From Patescibacteria group bacterium (GTDB lineage Bacteria > Patescibacteriota > Microgenomatia > Levybacterales > UBA12049): a stretch of 64,000 nucleotides of DNA. The stretch covers positions 1,298-65,297 of the forward strand of contig JBBTYY010000015.1 in the NCBI GenBank assembly GCA_038061615.1, read 5' to 3'. Under the pieces are notes generated by a model. The model saw nothing but the letters and a program-made list of their open reading frames with translations. It made no database searches and was not told the origin of the DNA. Position numbers and translations under genes: made by a program. Of the stretch, positions 15,794 through 26,128 are shown piece after piece (the stretch's first letter is position 1; each line of letters opens with the position of its first letter).

Positions 15794-18700
15794 TTTAAAA
15801 TGATTTTTTTTGCAAAGAAGATGATAACAGCAAGAAAGGAAGCTAAGGATAGAAAAAGAAACCCATAGAAAGATTTTTGCGATGACAGCTCTATAGTAAG
15901 TGTATAATTCTCTTCTCCTTTTATATCTTGCGGTCTTATGATCCAGCCGTTGGCATACCCATTTACCTCAAAATGTCCGCCTTCAGCAATAGACCTTTTC
16001 CCCCATGTTTCAAAAGTAGATGGCGCAAGAAAAGTATTTGTGTGCATACCTTCTTTAACCATACCATTTAAATAAACCTGCTGAATCATATCGTGTCTTA
16101 TATCATCTTTTACAAAGATACCAACTAAAAATCTTTCCATCACTCCGAACATCCTAGATATTGCTCCTCGAATTTTTTCTTCACTACTAATATCCTTATT
16201 AAATAACTTCCAATTGGTATTAAATGCTTCTGAGAAAACAAGAGCATAAGGATCTTTTGCTCCACTGACAGTGACTTTATATTTCGTTGGGTTAATTTTT
16301 GTAAATATAATTTGCGGGGCAGCATATTTTTTAGAGAGCATAACTTTCTTAAACAGAATTCTGGGATACGGTACTTCTTCAACTCTAAGATTTTTTATAA
16401 GGACTTTATTGTTTATTTTGCCAGAATTTGCCAAAATATGAATATACCCGCCCAATGAACCTGGGTCGGAAGTAAAAACAGACTGGTGTATTTTCCAACC
16501 CTTAGAATTGAGGCTTTTTTCAAAAAAACTATTAGCTTTAATGCCTTCTCTTCTTCTCTCGTAAAACTTAAAAATAAAATCATCTCCATACGTGAGGTAA
16601 TCAAAGGTTACTATATATTGTCTATTTGGCCTCCAATTGGTAATTTCCTTCACTAATCCTGTTTCTTTTGCATAATCGCCAGAAGAATTTCCTGAAATAC
16701 TATGAATTGCTAATTCCGTGGAACTGATTACATTTTTCGTTTCTCCTGAATTTATCCAAAGAGAATCCTGAACTAAGTTAACAGTAGGAAGATATACAGT
16801 AAAATTTATACTCTCTTTACCGTTTATCACTATATTTTCAAATTTGGTTATTGCACCATTAATATTGCTTCCGGTAGGTCTTAATTTTGCCCCTTCAATT
16901 TCGATATATGCATTAGATAATCTATCAGGAAAATTTTCATTTTTATACTCTATATATACTTCGTATTCACCTGTTTCATCAGAAAGGTTAACCAAGCTGG
17001 CGTTGATAAAAGATGGTTTGACAGTTTTAATGTTTAATACCGCAGTTACATCACCCAACATAGTATGAACTAAACCTAAGAGGTAACGTTTTTCATATAG
17101 TGAATAAGCTGACTCTTTTATATTTGTTTCAAGGGTAATCTGATGTTGAAATAATTGCTCTGCTATTTTTATTCTATTTGCCTCTTGCCAGATCTTAGAT
17201 TCCGTTGTGTTGTTTACCCATTGCATTAATCCCATCATCCCTTCCTTATATCTGGCAATACTCGATTCCCAACTGTTATAGTTTTTCCAGTTATAAAATT
17301 CCCATAGCTTTGGTTCCTTCCATTGTTTCTTAACAATTGGTAGGTCCCATTTTGATGCTTCGGATATTCGTTTAGTCAAGAGCAAAAAACTTCGATCCAT
17401 ATACTTTTTATGTTGATTTTTTATTCTCCAAAGATCGAATCTTTCTCGCAAAATAGCAAATGGATATTGTATATCGTCTGGCTTGAGGGATATAAATGGT
17501 TGATGTTTATGTAAATGAGAGTTATCCGTTATCTCCCGTAAGGGGTTATTATCGTTTGCCTCCAAAATAACAGCAGTAGTATTTTTCATTGCATTATTAA
17601 CTTTAAAAATGGCAAAGGGTAAAGAAGCATTAAGCTGAGGAACTGAAAGAAGTGTGAGTGAATTGTTAGCTTGAATAATGTTCGTAGTTGCATATATATG
17701 AGGAAAATAAATATCATCTTTTATTGTATAAAGGTGGAATTTTTCACCGATGTCTCTTTTTTTCTCAATTGGCAGTTTATTAATAAATTCTCTGTATAAA
17801 TTTTGAGTTTGGGGAAGAAATGCCCGTACGTATCCGTAGGGAAACCCTGGAAATGTATTATCAAAAATATAAGGATCTGAATTGTAAAAAATATAGCGAA
17901 TATTCAGAATCGAAAAAAGATTTTTGATAGACTCGAAATCGTTATTCCTTACAGCTTGTAAAAAAAATTCAGAGAATGGTAATAACCCTTCATAACCGCT
18001 AAAATCATTTTTCCCTGCAAGGTAGGAAAATGTAGAAGGTCCTACATATGCTCCTCCATTTTTTCCTGCTATAAGCTGATACCCCGGATCAGGAAATGGA
18101 AAAGATAAAATTTTACCGTCAACTGGAAGATTGCGGATATAGGTAAGTACTTTCTCATATTTAGGGTCCATTTGTATAATTGGTTTTACGTATTTTGTTT
18201 GGTGCAGGTCAAGGCGATAAAAGGATCCATTAATAAATGGCCATGCCGTAAGCAAGGACAGTCCAACCACCACAAAACTCAACAAATACGCATATTTCTT
18301 TTTAACCTTATTAAAAACCGTATCCATTGATAAACCAAGTAAAACAGAGTAAAAAAACAGGTATGTAAACCCCCATTGACCATAAAAGTTACGAAACATA
18401 GAAAAACCAGGAATACGGAATAACGCTTTGTAAAAATTAAATCCAAGATCGGTTATATTTGCTGTAGCAAAAAAAAGTGTAACAAGAAAAAACAGAGCCG
18501 TTAAAAAAATAGTCTTTGTTTTACTCCACCACAATGCAAGAAAAATTATCGCGGGGAAAATAATAAAACCTGTAGATATGGTGTCTATCCTATGCAACTG
18601 GAGAAGACCCATAAAACTTATGCTTGCCTTAACGCTTTGCGCAATAGCAATAAAATAATCCAAACCTCTTGAGGATATCGCTTTTTCAGAAAAAACCGCA

Positions 18701-19476
18701 TTGTTAATCCCAGAGTCAGGAGATAACAAGTTGAGCAACTGTGGCACTAAATGAAATGCATGCAATAGAAGAAAAGCTGCTGCTCCAAAGCATAGTCCTT
18801 TTATGGGAATTGGAATTTTCCTAATGTATTTTGTATATATTAACAAAAATAAAAATGATAATGGATAAAAAGAAAAAAAACCCGGGGCCGCGACATAGGT
18901 AAAGTTAGGAGAAAAAAGTAAGGTCATCAATATAATTCCAGCAAGATATATAAGATTTGCACTCAAAAAATACCGTAAAAGAAGAAAAAAAATCAAGGGA
19001 TTTAGGAATATTTGATAATGAGTAATAATAGCTCTATCCCATCCAAGAATTGCAAAAGGAGAGAATATATAAAAAAATCCTGCCAGTATTGCAGAAGATT
19101 CTAGCCAATTTGATTCTTTTGTACCATTTTTTCCTTTCGTCACCTCTCTTACTATGCAATAAACTGAAACAAATGCTGTGCTAAGACTTATTCCATTGAA
19201 AATAGAGATAAGAATTGTAGGCGAATTAAAGAGATATTTAAAAAATGCAAGAAGTAATAAGTGCGGTATAGCCCAATAACTTACGGCCTCACCTCCAATT
19301 CCTGTCGGAACAACCCCATAGAGAGCTTGGTTAGTTAAATAAGATAGTGGGTCGTAAAAGTAAAGCCTGCTATTATCCCCACCCAAATCCATCTCGCCCG
19401 GTTTTAGCCAGAAAAAGGGAATAATAAATAAGGCAAAACATACAATAGCTACTACTATAAAATTATTTTTTTTCAT
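15790..19476 (-). CDS. Very large polytopic membrane protein, YfhO/AftD-like putative GT-C glycosyltransferase with ~400 aa extra central soluble domain
   Basis: 1228 aa. N-terminal FIIPFFWLKPGEMDLGGDNSRLYFYDP motif and ~14 TM helices. C-terminal ...VNGYANGWIIRP... plus a final TM anchor. Paralogous to 20673..23120, with a large insertion. ATGA overlap with the downstream gene. Confidence 0.8.
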   Translation of the reverse strand: MKKNNFIVVAIVCFALFIIPFFWLKPGEMDLGGDNSRLYFYDPLSYLTNQALYGVVPTGIGGEAVSYWAIPHLLLLAFFKYLFNSPTILISIFNGISLSTAFVSVYCIVREVTKGKNGTKESNWLESSAILAGFFYIFSPFAILGWDRAIITHYQIFLNPLIFFLLLRYFLSANLIYLAGIILMTLLFSPNFTYVAAPGFFSFYPLSFLFLLIYTKYIRKIPIPIKGLCFGAAAFLLLHAFHLVPQLLNLLSPDSGINNAVFSEKAISSRGLDYFIAIAQSVKASISFMGLLQLHRIDTISTGFIIFPAIIFLALWWSKTKTIFLTALFFLVTLFFATANITDLGFNFYKALFRIPGFSMFRNFYGQWGFTYLFFYSVLLGLSMDTVFNKVKKKYAYLLSFVVVGLSLLTAWPFINGSFYRLDLHQTKYVKPIIQMDPKYEKVLTYIRNLPVDGKILSFPFPDPGYQLIAGKNGGAYVGPSTFSYLAGKNDFSGYEGLLPFSEFFLQAVRNNDFESIKNLFSILNIRYIFYNSDPYIFDNTFPGFPYGYVRAFLPQTQNLYREFINKLPIEKKRDIGEKFHLYTIKDDIYFPHIYATTNIIQANNSLTLLSVPQLNASLPFAIFKVNNAMKNTTAVILEANDNNPLREITDNSHLHKHQPFISLKPDDIQYPFAILRERFDLWRIKNQHKKYMDRSFLLLTKRISEASKWDLPIVKKQWKEPKLWEFYNWKNYNSWESSIARYKEGMMGLMQWVNNTTESKIWQEANRIKIAEQLFQHQITLETNIKESAYSLYEKRYLLGLVHTMLGDVTAVLNIKTVKPSFINASLVNLSDETGEYEVYIEYKNENFPDRLSNAYIEIEGAKLRPTGSNINGAITKFENIVINGKESINFTVYLPTVNLVQDSLWINSGETKNVISSTELAIHSISGNSSGDYAKETGLVKEITNWRPNRQYIVTFDYLTYGDDFIFKFYERRREGIKANSFFEKSLNSKGWKIHQSVFTSDPGSLGGYIHILANSGKINNKVLIKNLRVEEVPYPRILFKKVMLSKKYAAPQIIFTKINPTKYKVTVSGAKDPYALVFSEAFNTNWKLFNKDISSEEKIRGAISRMFGVMERFLVGIFVKDDIRHDMIQQVYLNGMVKEGMHTNTFLAPSTFETWGKRSIAEGGHFEVNGYANGWIIRPQDIKGEENYTLTIELSSQKSFYGFLFLSLASFLAVIIFFAKKIILK

Positions 19477-20095
19477 TTAGCGTTTTTACAGCTAGAAGTT
19501 GATAAGATAGGCTTGGAAAATAATACAAGAATGGTTCAGTAATAAAGGCAATAATACCCCATATTATCCAAGGCTTATATTTTATTGTCGCACACGCTCC
19601 TCTTATGAATTTAAAACTGCGCAATCCATATACTTTATAACCAAATTTCTCGAAATCTCTTTTATTCCACCCAGATTTATGATGCTGATACGGGTTCTGA
19701 TCATAATGATCTTGATGACAAAATTCATTTGGAGTAAGAATAATTATTTTTTTCCGCGCAACTCTCTCCATTGTCCTAAGCAGTTGAACACCATCTTTTT
19801 TTCTTAAATGCTCAATCACATCTAGGGCAATGATAGCATCAAAAGTTTTTGGCTTATAATACGTATCAATTTCTCTAATATCTCCTACAATGTATCTGTT
19901 ATGTATTTTTCTTTTTTCACTTTTGTCGATACTTGGTTTATGAATATCAATGCCTTCTGAATAAATATTTTTTAATAAGAGACGGAGAGGCGAATTTTGC
20001 CCGCACCCTACATCTAAGATTGACTTATAGCCATAAATACCTCTGCTTATAATTTTATAAAAAAATATATCTTTGAACTGATTTATTGATTTCAT
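19463..20095 (-). CDS. Class I SAM-dependent methyltransferase
   Basis: 210 aa. ILDVGCGQN (motif I) and AIIALDVIEHL (motif post-II). Confidence 0.7.
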   Translation of the reverse strand: MKSINQFKDIFFYKIISRGIYGYKSILDVGCGQNSPLRLLLKNIYSEGIDIHKPSIDKSEKRKIHNRYIVGDIREIDTYYKPKTFDAIIALDVIEHLRKKDGVQLLRTMERVARKKIIILTPNEFCHQDHYDQNPYQHHKSGWNKRDFEKFGYKVYGLRSFKFIRGACATIKYKPWIIWGIIAFITEPFLYYFPSLSYQLLAVKTLNEKK

Positions 20096-20319
20096 AAAAC
20101 TGATATCTTCTCCATTGTCAAAATATTAAAATGTGATTCATTCTTTCTTTGCAAATAATATTCCAATAGTGTTATTACCGTTAATTACACCAACCACGAA
20201 ATTATTTTTTATCAGGAACTTTTTCTAGCAATTAACCCAAAGTAATTAAGATAGAATGATATTCGTAAAAACTTTTTCATGTATATTTAATTGTTTTAGA
20301 AATTGTCTTAACTTTGAAC

Positions 20320-20676
20320 TTATTCTTCTTTCCACTGCTGTATAATACCGATTAATAAGAAGAAAAAAATCCAGACTGCTGCTTTTTCTGTAGCTGGCGA
20401 CGTCCCCGTAAAAAGAAACTCAATGTACATGATTCCCAAAAGTACTAGGCAAAACAAAAAAGCATATCTTCCAGCAAGTTTATATAACATTATACTTATA
20501 CCGTATAGTCCTAACGTTATAAATATTCTTATGTCTGAACTTTCTGGAATAAGTAAAATATCTGCTAATACCGCCAAAACGACGATCGTAAGTAAAACTG
20601 GTTTGTTTTTCAAAGCGATATTAAGAAAAAATAAAGTTTTCTTGTTCCCTTGAAGCAAAGTAAAAGGAGAAATCAT
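20320..20676 (-). CDS. Small 3-4 TM membrane protein, hypothetical
   Basis: 118 aa, hydrophobic, 4-nt overlap with the upstream large membrane protein gene. No family motif recognised. Confidence 0.45.
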   Translation of the reverse strand: MISPFTLLQGNKKTLFFLNIALKNKPVLLTIVVLAVLADILLIPESSDIRIFITLGLYGISIMLYKLAGRYAFLFCLVLLGIMYIEFLFTGTSPATEKAAVWIFFFLLIGIIQQWKEE

Positions 20677-23120
20677 AAAATTATATTTATTATACCAAAA
20701 AGTCTTTTCCTATAAAAGAGAAAAGCTCCCCACAGCATACAGAAAATAAAAACTTGTAACGATACAACCAAACCTGCATAGAATATTCTTTGATCTGTCA
20801 TCTCCACGACGAGAGAGTAACTATCTCTTCCACCTACATCCTCGGGCAAAACAACCCAAGCATTCGCATATCCATTTACCTGAAAATGTCTATAGCTTGC
20901 AATCGCTTTCTTTCCCCATGTAGAAAACGTGGACTCGTCCAGAAATGTATTACTGTGTACGCCTTCTGTTACTTTACCATCAAAATAATTCGATAGGGTC
21001 TTTTTTTGTTGAGGCTCTGTATAGGCAGGGAAAAGACTCCAATTCCTATGAAATGACTCAGAAAAAACAAGAACATATCGATCTTTTGCCCCATTTACTT
21101 TCAGCCTATATCTAGTTGGGTTTATTTTTTCGAATTGAATTTTTGGCAAATCACTCGGCCCAGAACTAAATTCCTTACTGCATATTCTTTTTTGAAAGTT
21201 TTTTTTACATATCTGTTCTTCTATGAATATAGAACGCGCCTCACTTGTTTTTTTGTATGGAAAAAAAGATGAAGCGCTTTCAAAATAGGGATGCAGCTTT
21301 GGATTGTTATCATAAGTAATTATAGTATTGGTTATATAAAAATGGGGCAGAAAGTTCTGCTCATCTGTCTCATACAATCCATACTGTCCTTTTTCATATA
21401 TCTTTTTTGTTGTTATTTTGTTCACAAAATCTTCATACCCTTTTTGAGTAGAAGGAAGAAAGGTACGAACATGCTGATATGGATAAGAAGGAAAAGTTGT
21501 ATCATAAACAAGCGGGTCTTTATTATAAAAAATGTATTTAACATTAAGAAGACTTAGCATACGTTTAATTGATGTATAATCTTTTTCCTTTGCCAATTTT
21601 AAAAAAATCTCACTAAATGGCGCAATATTTATGTATCCTGCAAAATCTTTTTTTCCGGCAAGATACCCTATGGTTGATACTCCTACATAGGCTCCGCTAT
21701 TTGTGCCGTGAATCACTTGATAATTGGGGTCTGTAAATGGCAAGGTTAATATTTTACTGTCGTCTGGTAACGAACGGATGAATGCGAGTGTTTCTTTATA
21801 CTTTGGATCCATGACCATCGCGATTTTAACATTGTTTGACTGAAAATGAGTCTTGTTTACAAGCGAGCCATTTATAAATGGCCACGCCCCTAATATCAGA
21901 ACAAGTCCTATGCCAAAATATAAAATTCCAGCATACATCTGCCTAAGCCTAGAAGACACCAAAAAGAGCGCCTGTCCAAATAAAATAGCGTAAAAAAAAG
22001 AAAATACAAAAAGCCATTGGCCGATAAAATTGCGAAACATCGAAAATCCGGGGATGTAAAAAAGTCTTTTATATATTTCAACCCCTAAATCGGTAATTTT
22101 AGCGCTTAGTAAAAAGAGAATTATTAAGAGAAATATTCCGGTTAAAAGCATTGTTTTGTTTCTGCCTCTATTTAATAAAAATCCAAGAATTACAACTAAA
22201 GGAACCATCACAGACGTAAAACCAAGCATATTAACAGGAGGCAAGGAAAGAATATTCAAACTAACCTTAGCAAAAGGCAAAACTCCAAAAAAATAGTCCA
22301 ACTGATGAACAATGTCCTCTCTGCTAAATACCCTTGTGTTTGTGTTGCTACCCGGATCAAACAAGCTTAAAACCGATGGTATAAGGTGAAAAGAGTGGAG
22401 CCCGACAAATAGTAAAATGCCGGCGAAAATTCCCTTCCAGGGAAGCTTTTTGCCTCGAATAAAGGTTACATAGAAAAAAAGAAACAATAAGCTTAGAGGA
22501 TAAAACGAAAAAATTAATGGAGCAGAAACCCATGAAAAGTTATGGGCAAAAATGAACGTTATTATAAGAATAAACCAAAGATACTTAATGTTACTGGTTA
22601 AGAGATACTTTAAAAGTAAATAGAAGACGAGCGGGTTTAAGAATACCTGGTCGTGATTAAGCAATGCTTTCTCCCAGTTTCCTATCATTCTGGGAGAAAG
22701 GATATAAAAGAAACCGGCAAGCACCGAAGAAATCTCGCGAAGCATCGAAAAATATTTATTATTGTACTTTTTATCAATGAGTTCTTTAACAATGCCGTAA
22801 ACAGCAAGAAAAGCAACAACTAATTTTATGGAATTGAATACTGAAATTAAAAGATAGGGAGATTGCAAAATTGATTTCATGCCAGAAAGAAGTATTACAA
22901 TTGGCAGGCTATAGAAATGAGGCTCTACTAAGCCCATTCCAAAAGGCAGAATATTATAGAGACTGTAATTATTAAGGTAATTTATCGGGTCATAGAAATA
23001 CAGCCTACTGCTGTCTCCACCTAAATCCATCTCACCCGGTTTTAACCAGAAAAAAGGAATAATAAAAAGAAGAAGAGAAATTATGAATAAATAAGTTTTC
23101 GAACTGAGTAGAAGCTTCAT
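20673..23120 (-). CDS. Large polytopic membrane protein, YfhO/AftD-like putative GT-C glycosyltransferase (paralogue of 15790..19476)
   Basis: ORF track gives 20673..23225 (850 aa). By alignment with its paralogue (MKK...LFIIPFFWLKPGEMDLGGD), the likely start is the internal Met at 23120 (MKLLLSSKTYLFIISLLLFIIPFFWLKPGEMDLGGDSSRLYFYDP). Shares the C-terminal ...QVNGYANAWVV... + TM block. Confidence 0.75.
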   Translation of the reverse strand: MKLLLSSKTYLFIISLLLFIIPFFWLKPGEMDLGGDSSRLYFYDPINYLNNYSLYNILPFGMGLVEPHFYSLPIVILLSGMKSILQSPYLLISVFNSIKLVVAFLAVYGIVKELIDKKYNNKYFSMLREISSVLAGFFYILSPRMIGNWEKALLNHDQVFLNPLVFYLLLKYLLTSNIKYLWFILIITFIFAHNFSWVSAPLIFSFYPLSLLFLFFYVTFIRGKKLPWKGIFAGILLFVGLHSFHLIPSVLSLFDPGSNTNTRVFSREDIVHQLDYFFGVLPFAKVSLNILSLPPVNMLGFTSVMVPLVVILGFLLNRGRNKTMLLTGIFLLIILFLLSAKITDLGVEIYKRLFYIPGFSMFRNFIGQWLFVFSFFYAILFGQALFLVSSRLRQMYAGILYFGIGLVLILGAWPFINGSLVNKTHFQSNNVKIAMVMDPKYKETLAFIRSLPDDSKILTLPFTDPNYQVIHGTNSGAYVGVSTIGYLAGKKDFAGYINIAPFSEIFLKLAKEKDYTSIKRMLSLLNVKYIFYNKDPLVYDTTFPSYPYQHVRTFLPSTQKGYEDFVNKITTKKIYEKGQYGLYETDEQNFLPHFYITNTIITYDNNPKLHPYFESASSFFPYKKTSEARSIFIEEQICKKNFQKRICSKEFSSGPSDLPKIQFEKINPTRYRLKVNGAKDRYVLVFSESFHRNWSLFPAYTEPQQKKTLSNYFDGKVTEGVHSNTFLDESTFSTWGKKAIASYRHFQVNGYANAWVVLPEDVGGRDSYSLVVEMTDQRIFYAGLVVSLQVFIFCMLWGAFLFYRKRLFGIINIIL

Positions 23121-23182
23121 CAATGTTGGTATTATATCATCTTGGTATTGATAAAAATAAGAGCAGAGAATATAATTTCCGT

Positions 23183-24400
23183 ATGGTAAAAAATGGAAAC
23201 AGTAATCTTCGGGTTCCTTACGCACTGGCCGTTCACGGAAACGAAGAAAAATTAAGGGTTATAAAAGTTTTGGATGAACATAGAACAAATTTAGGAAAAG
23301 AAACTATAGAATTTGAGAAAAATGTTGCAAAAGCGTTTGGCAAAAAATTCGGCGTAATGGTAAATTCAGGCTCATCTGCTAATTTTCTTGCCATTGAACT
23401 CTTAAATCTTCCACCAAAATCGGAGGTAATTACTCCCCTTCTTACATTCTCAACCACAGTTTCGCCACTTGTTCAGCATGGACTTATTCCAGTTTTTGCA
23501 GACGTTGATCCTGGAAAATATACAGTTAATGTTGATCAAATTGAAAAGCTTATAACAAAAAAGACAAAAGCTCTTATGATACCTCTCCTTCTAGGAAATG
23601 TCCCAGATATGGGAAGGTTAAAAGAAATTGCCAAAAAGCATAAATTATTTTTCGTTGAAGATTCATGCGATACATTAGGAGCTACTTTTAACGGCAAACC
23701 AACGGGAGCATATTCCGATATCACAATTACCAGTTTTTTTGGATCCCACATTATAACCGCAGGCGGCAACGGCGGAATGATTATGGTAAACCGAGCCGAC
23801 TGGAAAGACAAAGTAAATGTCTTAAGAGGATGGGGCAGATCGTCTGCACTTTTTGCCGAATCGGAAAATATCGAGAAGCGTTTTAAAACTAAATTGGGAA
23901 CTATTCCTTATGATGCAAAATTTTTATTTGACGAAATAGGATATAACTTTCTTCCAAATGAGATGGGTTCTGCTTTTGGAAATGCACAGCTTGAAAAACT
24001 TCCTAAATTTAGAAAAATAAGAGAGTACAATTTTAGATACTTAATTAATTTTTTCAAAAAATATGAGGAATTTTTCATCCTTCCTAAGCAGGATAAAAAA
24101 GTTTCTACTCAATGGCTCGCTTTTCCCTTAACCATAAGAGCGAGCGCTCCTTTCTCAAGACTTGAGTTGGTAAAATATCTTGAAGCAGAAAATATCCAGA
24201 CCCGTCCAATCTTTACAGGAAATATATTAAAACACCCGGGTTTTAAGAACATTTCACACAGGATAATCAGTGGCGGATGTCCAGTCACAGATGAGGTCAC
24301 GGAGAGGGGATTTGTGATTGGCTGCCACCATGGTCTTGAAGAAAAACACGTTGAAAAAATCAAACGAGTATTTGCTTCTTTCCCTAAGAAATATTTATAA
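23183..24400 (+). CDS. PMP-dependent NDP-4-keto-6-deoxyhexose 3-dehydratase-like (E1/RfbH/ColD-like DegT-family member with His replacing the catalytic Lys)
   Basis: DegT-family fold (NSGSSANFLAI, FVEDSCDTLGA). The Schiff-base Lys position reads SFFGSHIITAGGNGG, where aminotransferases have SF..K..TxGEGG. The His substitution is the hallmark of E1 and ColD dehydratases. Start is probably the second Met (23183) to avoid overlap with the divergent gene. Confidence 0.65.
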   Translation: MVKNGNSNLRVPYALAVHGNEEKLRVIKVLDEHRTNLGKETIEFEKNVAKAFGKKFGVMVNSGSSANFLAIELLNLPPKSEVITPLLTFSTTVSPLVQHGLIPVFADVDPGKYTVNVDQIEKLITKKTKALMIPLLLGNVPDMGRLKEIAKKHKLFFVEDSCDTLGATFNGKPTGAYSDITITSFFGSHIITAGGNGGMIMVNRADWKDKVNVLRGWGRSSALFAESENIEKRFKTKLGTIPYDAKFLFDEIGYNFLPNEMGSAFGNAQLEKLPKFRKIREYNFRYLINFFKKYEEFFILPKQDKKVSTQWLAFPLTIRASAPFSRLELVKYLEAENIQTRPIFTGNILKHPGFKNISHRIISGGCPVTDEVTERGFVIGCHHGLEEKHVEKIKRVFASFPKKYL

Positions 24401-25307
24401 ATTTTAGAATTGTTTCTGTTATTTGCTGAACAGAGAGCCCATTATATTCTAGTAAATATTGTACAGATCCAGTGATACTCGTAAATTTGTCGGGTACACC
24501 AAAACGGTAAAACTTTACCTGCCTTCCAGATTCGGCAATAATTTCGGCTACTGCGCTCCCTAATCCGCCAATAATATTATGCTCTTCTAGAGTAAAAATA
24601 TATCCTGTTTTCCTTGCTGCTTCTAAAATTATTTTTTTATTAATTGGTTTTATGACCGGAAGAGAGATTAATGTCCCCTCCGCGTTTTTTTTTGACAAAA
24701 CTTCTACAATGTCCAGAGCCATTGGTAATAAACTACCACTTACAAAAAGAGTGAATTTGCCACCATTTTTTATTTTTATTCCAGCTTCAGGATGAAACAA
24801 TTGTTGAGTTTTATGGATCACAGGACTCCCCGCCTTAGTTATTCGTATATATACTGGACCATTAATCTCGTATGCAGCTTTTGTTGCCCATTCTGCTTCA
24901 ATTGGATCTCCCGGAGTAAAAATAGTCATGTTAGGAAGTAATCTCATCAGTCCTACATCTTCTAAAGCAAAATGGCTTACTCCTAACTGATTAGAACTAA
25001 ATCCTGCAGCGACACCAATGATCTTTACGTTAACGTGATTATAGGCAACATCAAGTCGAATCTGTTCAAAACATCTCATTGTTGCAAAGGGAGCCTGGGC
25101 GTAAAAGAAAACTTTATAACCGCAGAGCGCGAGACCAGTTGCAATACCAATAGTACTTTGTTCTGTTACCCCAGTATTCAAAAAACGCTCTGGAAATTCT
25201 TTTTCTACATCTTCAAAAACTGAAAATCCCATATCAGCGGTTAGAGAAATAATATCTTCATTAACTCTCATCAAATCAACAAGAGTATTTAAAAAGGCAG
25301 TTCTCAT
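24384..25307 (-). CDS. Transketolase C-terminal-section subunit (split transketolase)
   Basis: 307 aa. Pyrimidine-binding and C-terminal domains (FLNTGVTEQSTIGIATGLALCGYKVFFYAQAPFA...). Confidence 0.8.
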   Translation of the reverse strand: MRTAFLNTLVDLMRVNEDIISLTADMGFSVFEDVEKEFPERFLNTGVTEQSTIGIATGLALCGYKVFFYAQAPFATMRCFEQIRLDVAYNHVNVKIIGVAAGFSSNQLGVSHFALEDVGLMRLLPNMTIFTPGDPIEAEWATKAAYEINGPVYIRITKAGSPVIHKTQQLFHPEAGIKIKNGGKFTLFVSGSLLPMALDIVEVLSKKNAEGTLISLPVIKPINKKIILEAARKTGYIFTLEEHNIIGGLGSAVAEIIAESGRQVKFYRFGVPDKFTSITGSVQYLLEYNGLSVQQITETILKFINIS

Positions 25308-26128
25308 AGCCCTAACTCGCTTTCAGCAATCTTAATTTCTTTTTCTGTTGGAGTTCTATAATGCCATTCATTTCTATCCTCTAATACCGAAACCCCTTTA
25401 CCTTTAATAGTATGAGCAATAACAATACTTGGCTTACCTTTTTCGAATGGAAGCCTTGAAAAAACTTGCGAAATTTCCTCAAAACTATGACCATCAATTT
25501 CTTTTACAGACCATTTAAATGCTTCCCATTTCTTAACAAAAGGCTCTAAATCCAAAACATCTGCAACCCGACCAAAGCTCTGCCATTTGTTGTAATCGAC
25601 AATAACAACAAGATTATCGAGCTTGTGATGGCCAGCTTGTAAAATTGCTTCCCATGTTGATCCTTCATCACATTCACCATCGCTTGTCATAACAAATACT
25701 CTATATTCTCTTTTTTGCAGTTTTCCAGCCAAAGCCATACCAACTCCAATTGGAAGACCATGTCCCATTGATCCGGTTGTTGCTTCTATACCAGGAGTTC
25801 CATTTCTTGTTGCAATGCCAATCATCTTACTACCATCTTGACAATACGTATCAAGCAGTTTTTTTTCAAAAAACCCTTTTCTTGCTAAGATTGTATATAA
25901 TGTTGATATCCCCCATCCTTTACTCAAAATGAAACGATCGCGATTTGGATCTTGAGGATTTTTTGGATCAATCTTAAGAATCTTCTCATACAAATATACT
26001 ATTAATTCAACAATAGAATATGATGAGGCGATATGAGATGCGTGAGCAGCAACTATTATCGATAATACAGTTTGTCTGATTTCCCTTGCATACTTTTTAA
26101 GCGACTCAAATTCTTTTTTATCAAGCAT
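25304..26128 (-). CDS. Transketolase N-terminal-section subunit (ThDP-binding)
   Basis: 274 aa. GSMGHGLPIGVGMALAGK and VMTSDGECDEGSTWEA are ThDP-binding motifs. 4-nt overlap with the C-terminal subunit gene. Confidence 0.8.
   Translation of the reverse strand: MLDKKEFESLKKYAREIRQTVLSIIVAAHASHIASSYSIVELIVYLYEKILKIDPKNPQDPNRDRFILSKGWGISTLYTILARKGFFEKKLLDTYCQDGSKMIGIATRNGTPGIEATTGSMGHGLPIGVGMALAGKLQKREYRVFVMTSDGECDEGSTWEAILQAGHHKLDNLVVIVDYNKWQSFGRVADVLDLEPFVKKWEAFKWSVKEIDGHSFEEISQVFSRLPFEKGKPSIVIAHTIKGKGVSVLEDRNEWHYRTPTEKEIKIAESELGL

Noticed and set aside
16140-17068. Small ORFs (63-80 aa) on both strands inside the 1228 aa membrane protein gene
   Set aside because: Embedded in or antisense to a long, well-supported ORF.
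20320-20676. GtrA-like flippase assignment for the 118 aa 4-TM protein (and for 2761..2982)
   Set aside because: Size and TM number fit, but the GtrA N-terminal signature (F..VG..N/T motif) is not recognisable. Left as hypothetical membrane proteins.
24384-26128. Interpreting the split transketolase simply as housekeeping pentose-phosphate Tkt
   Set aside because: Not rejected outright, as it remains possible. Its position inside a CDP-deoxysugar operon, next to an E1-like dehydratase, led me to favour a sugar-branching role. It is flagged as inference in the findings.
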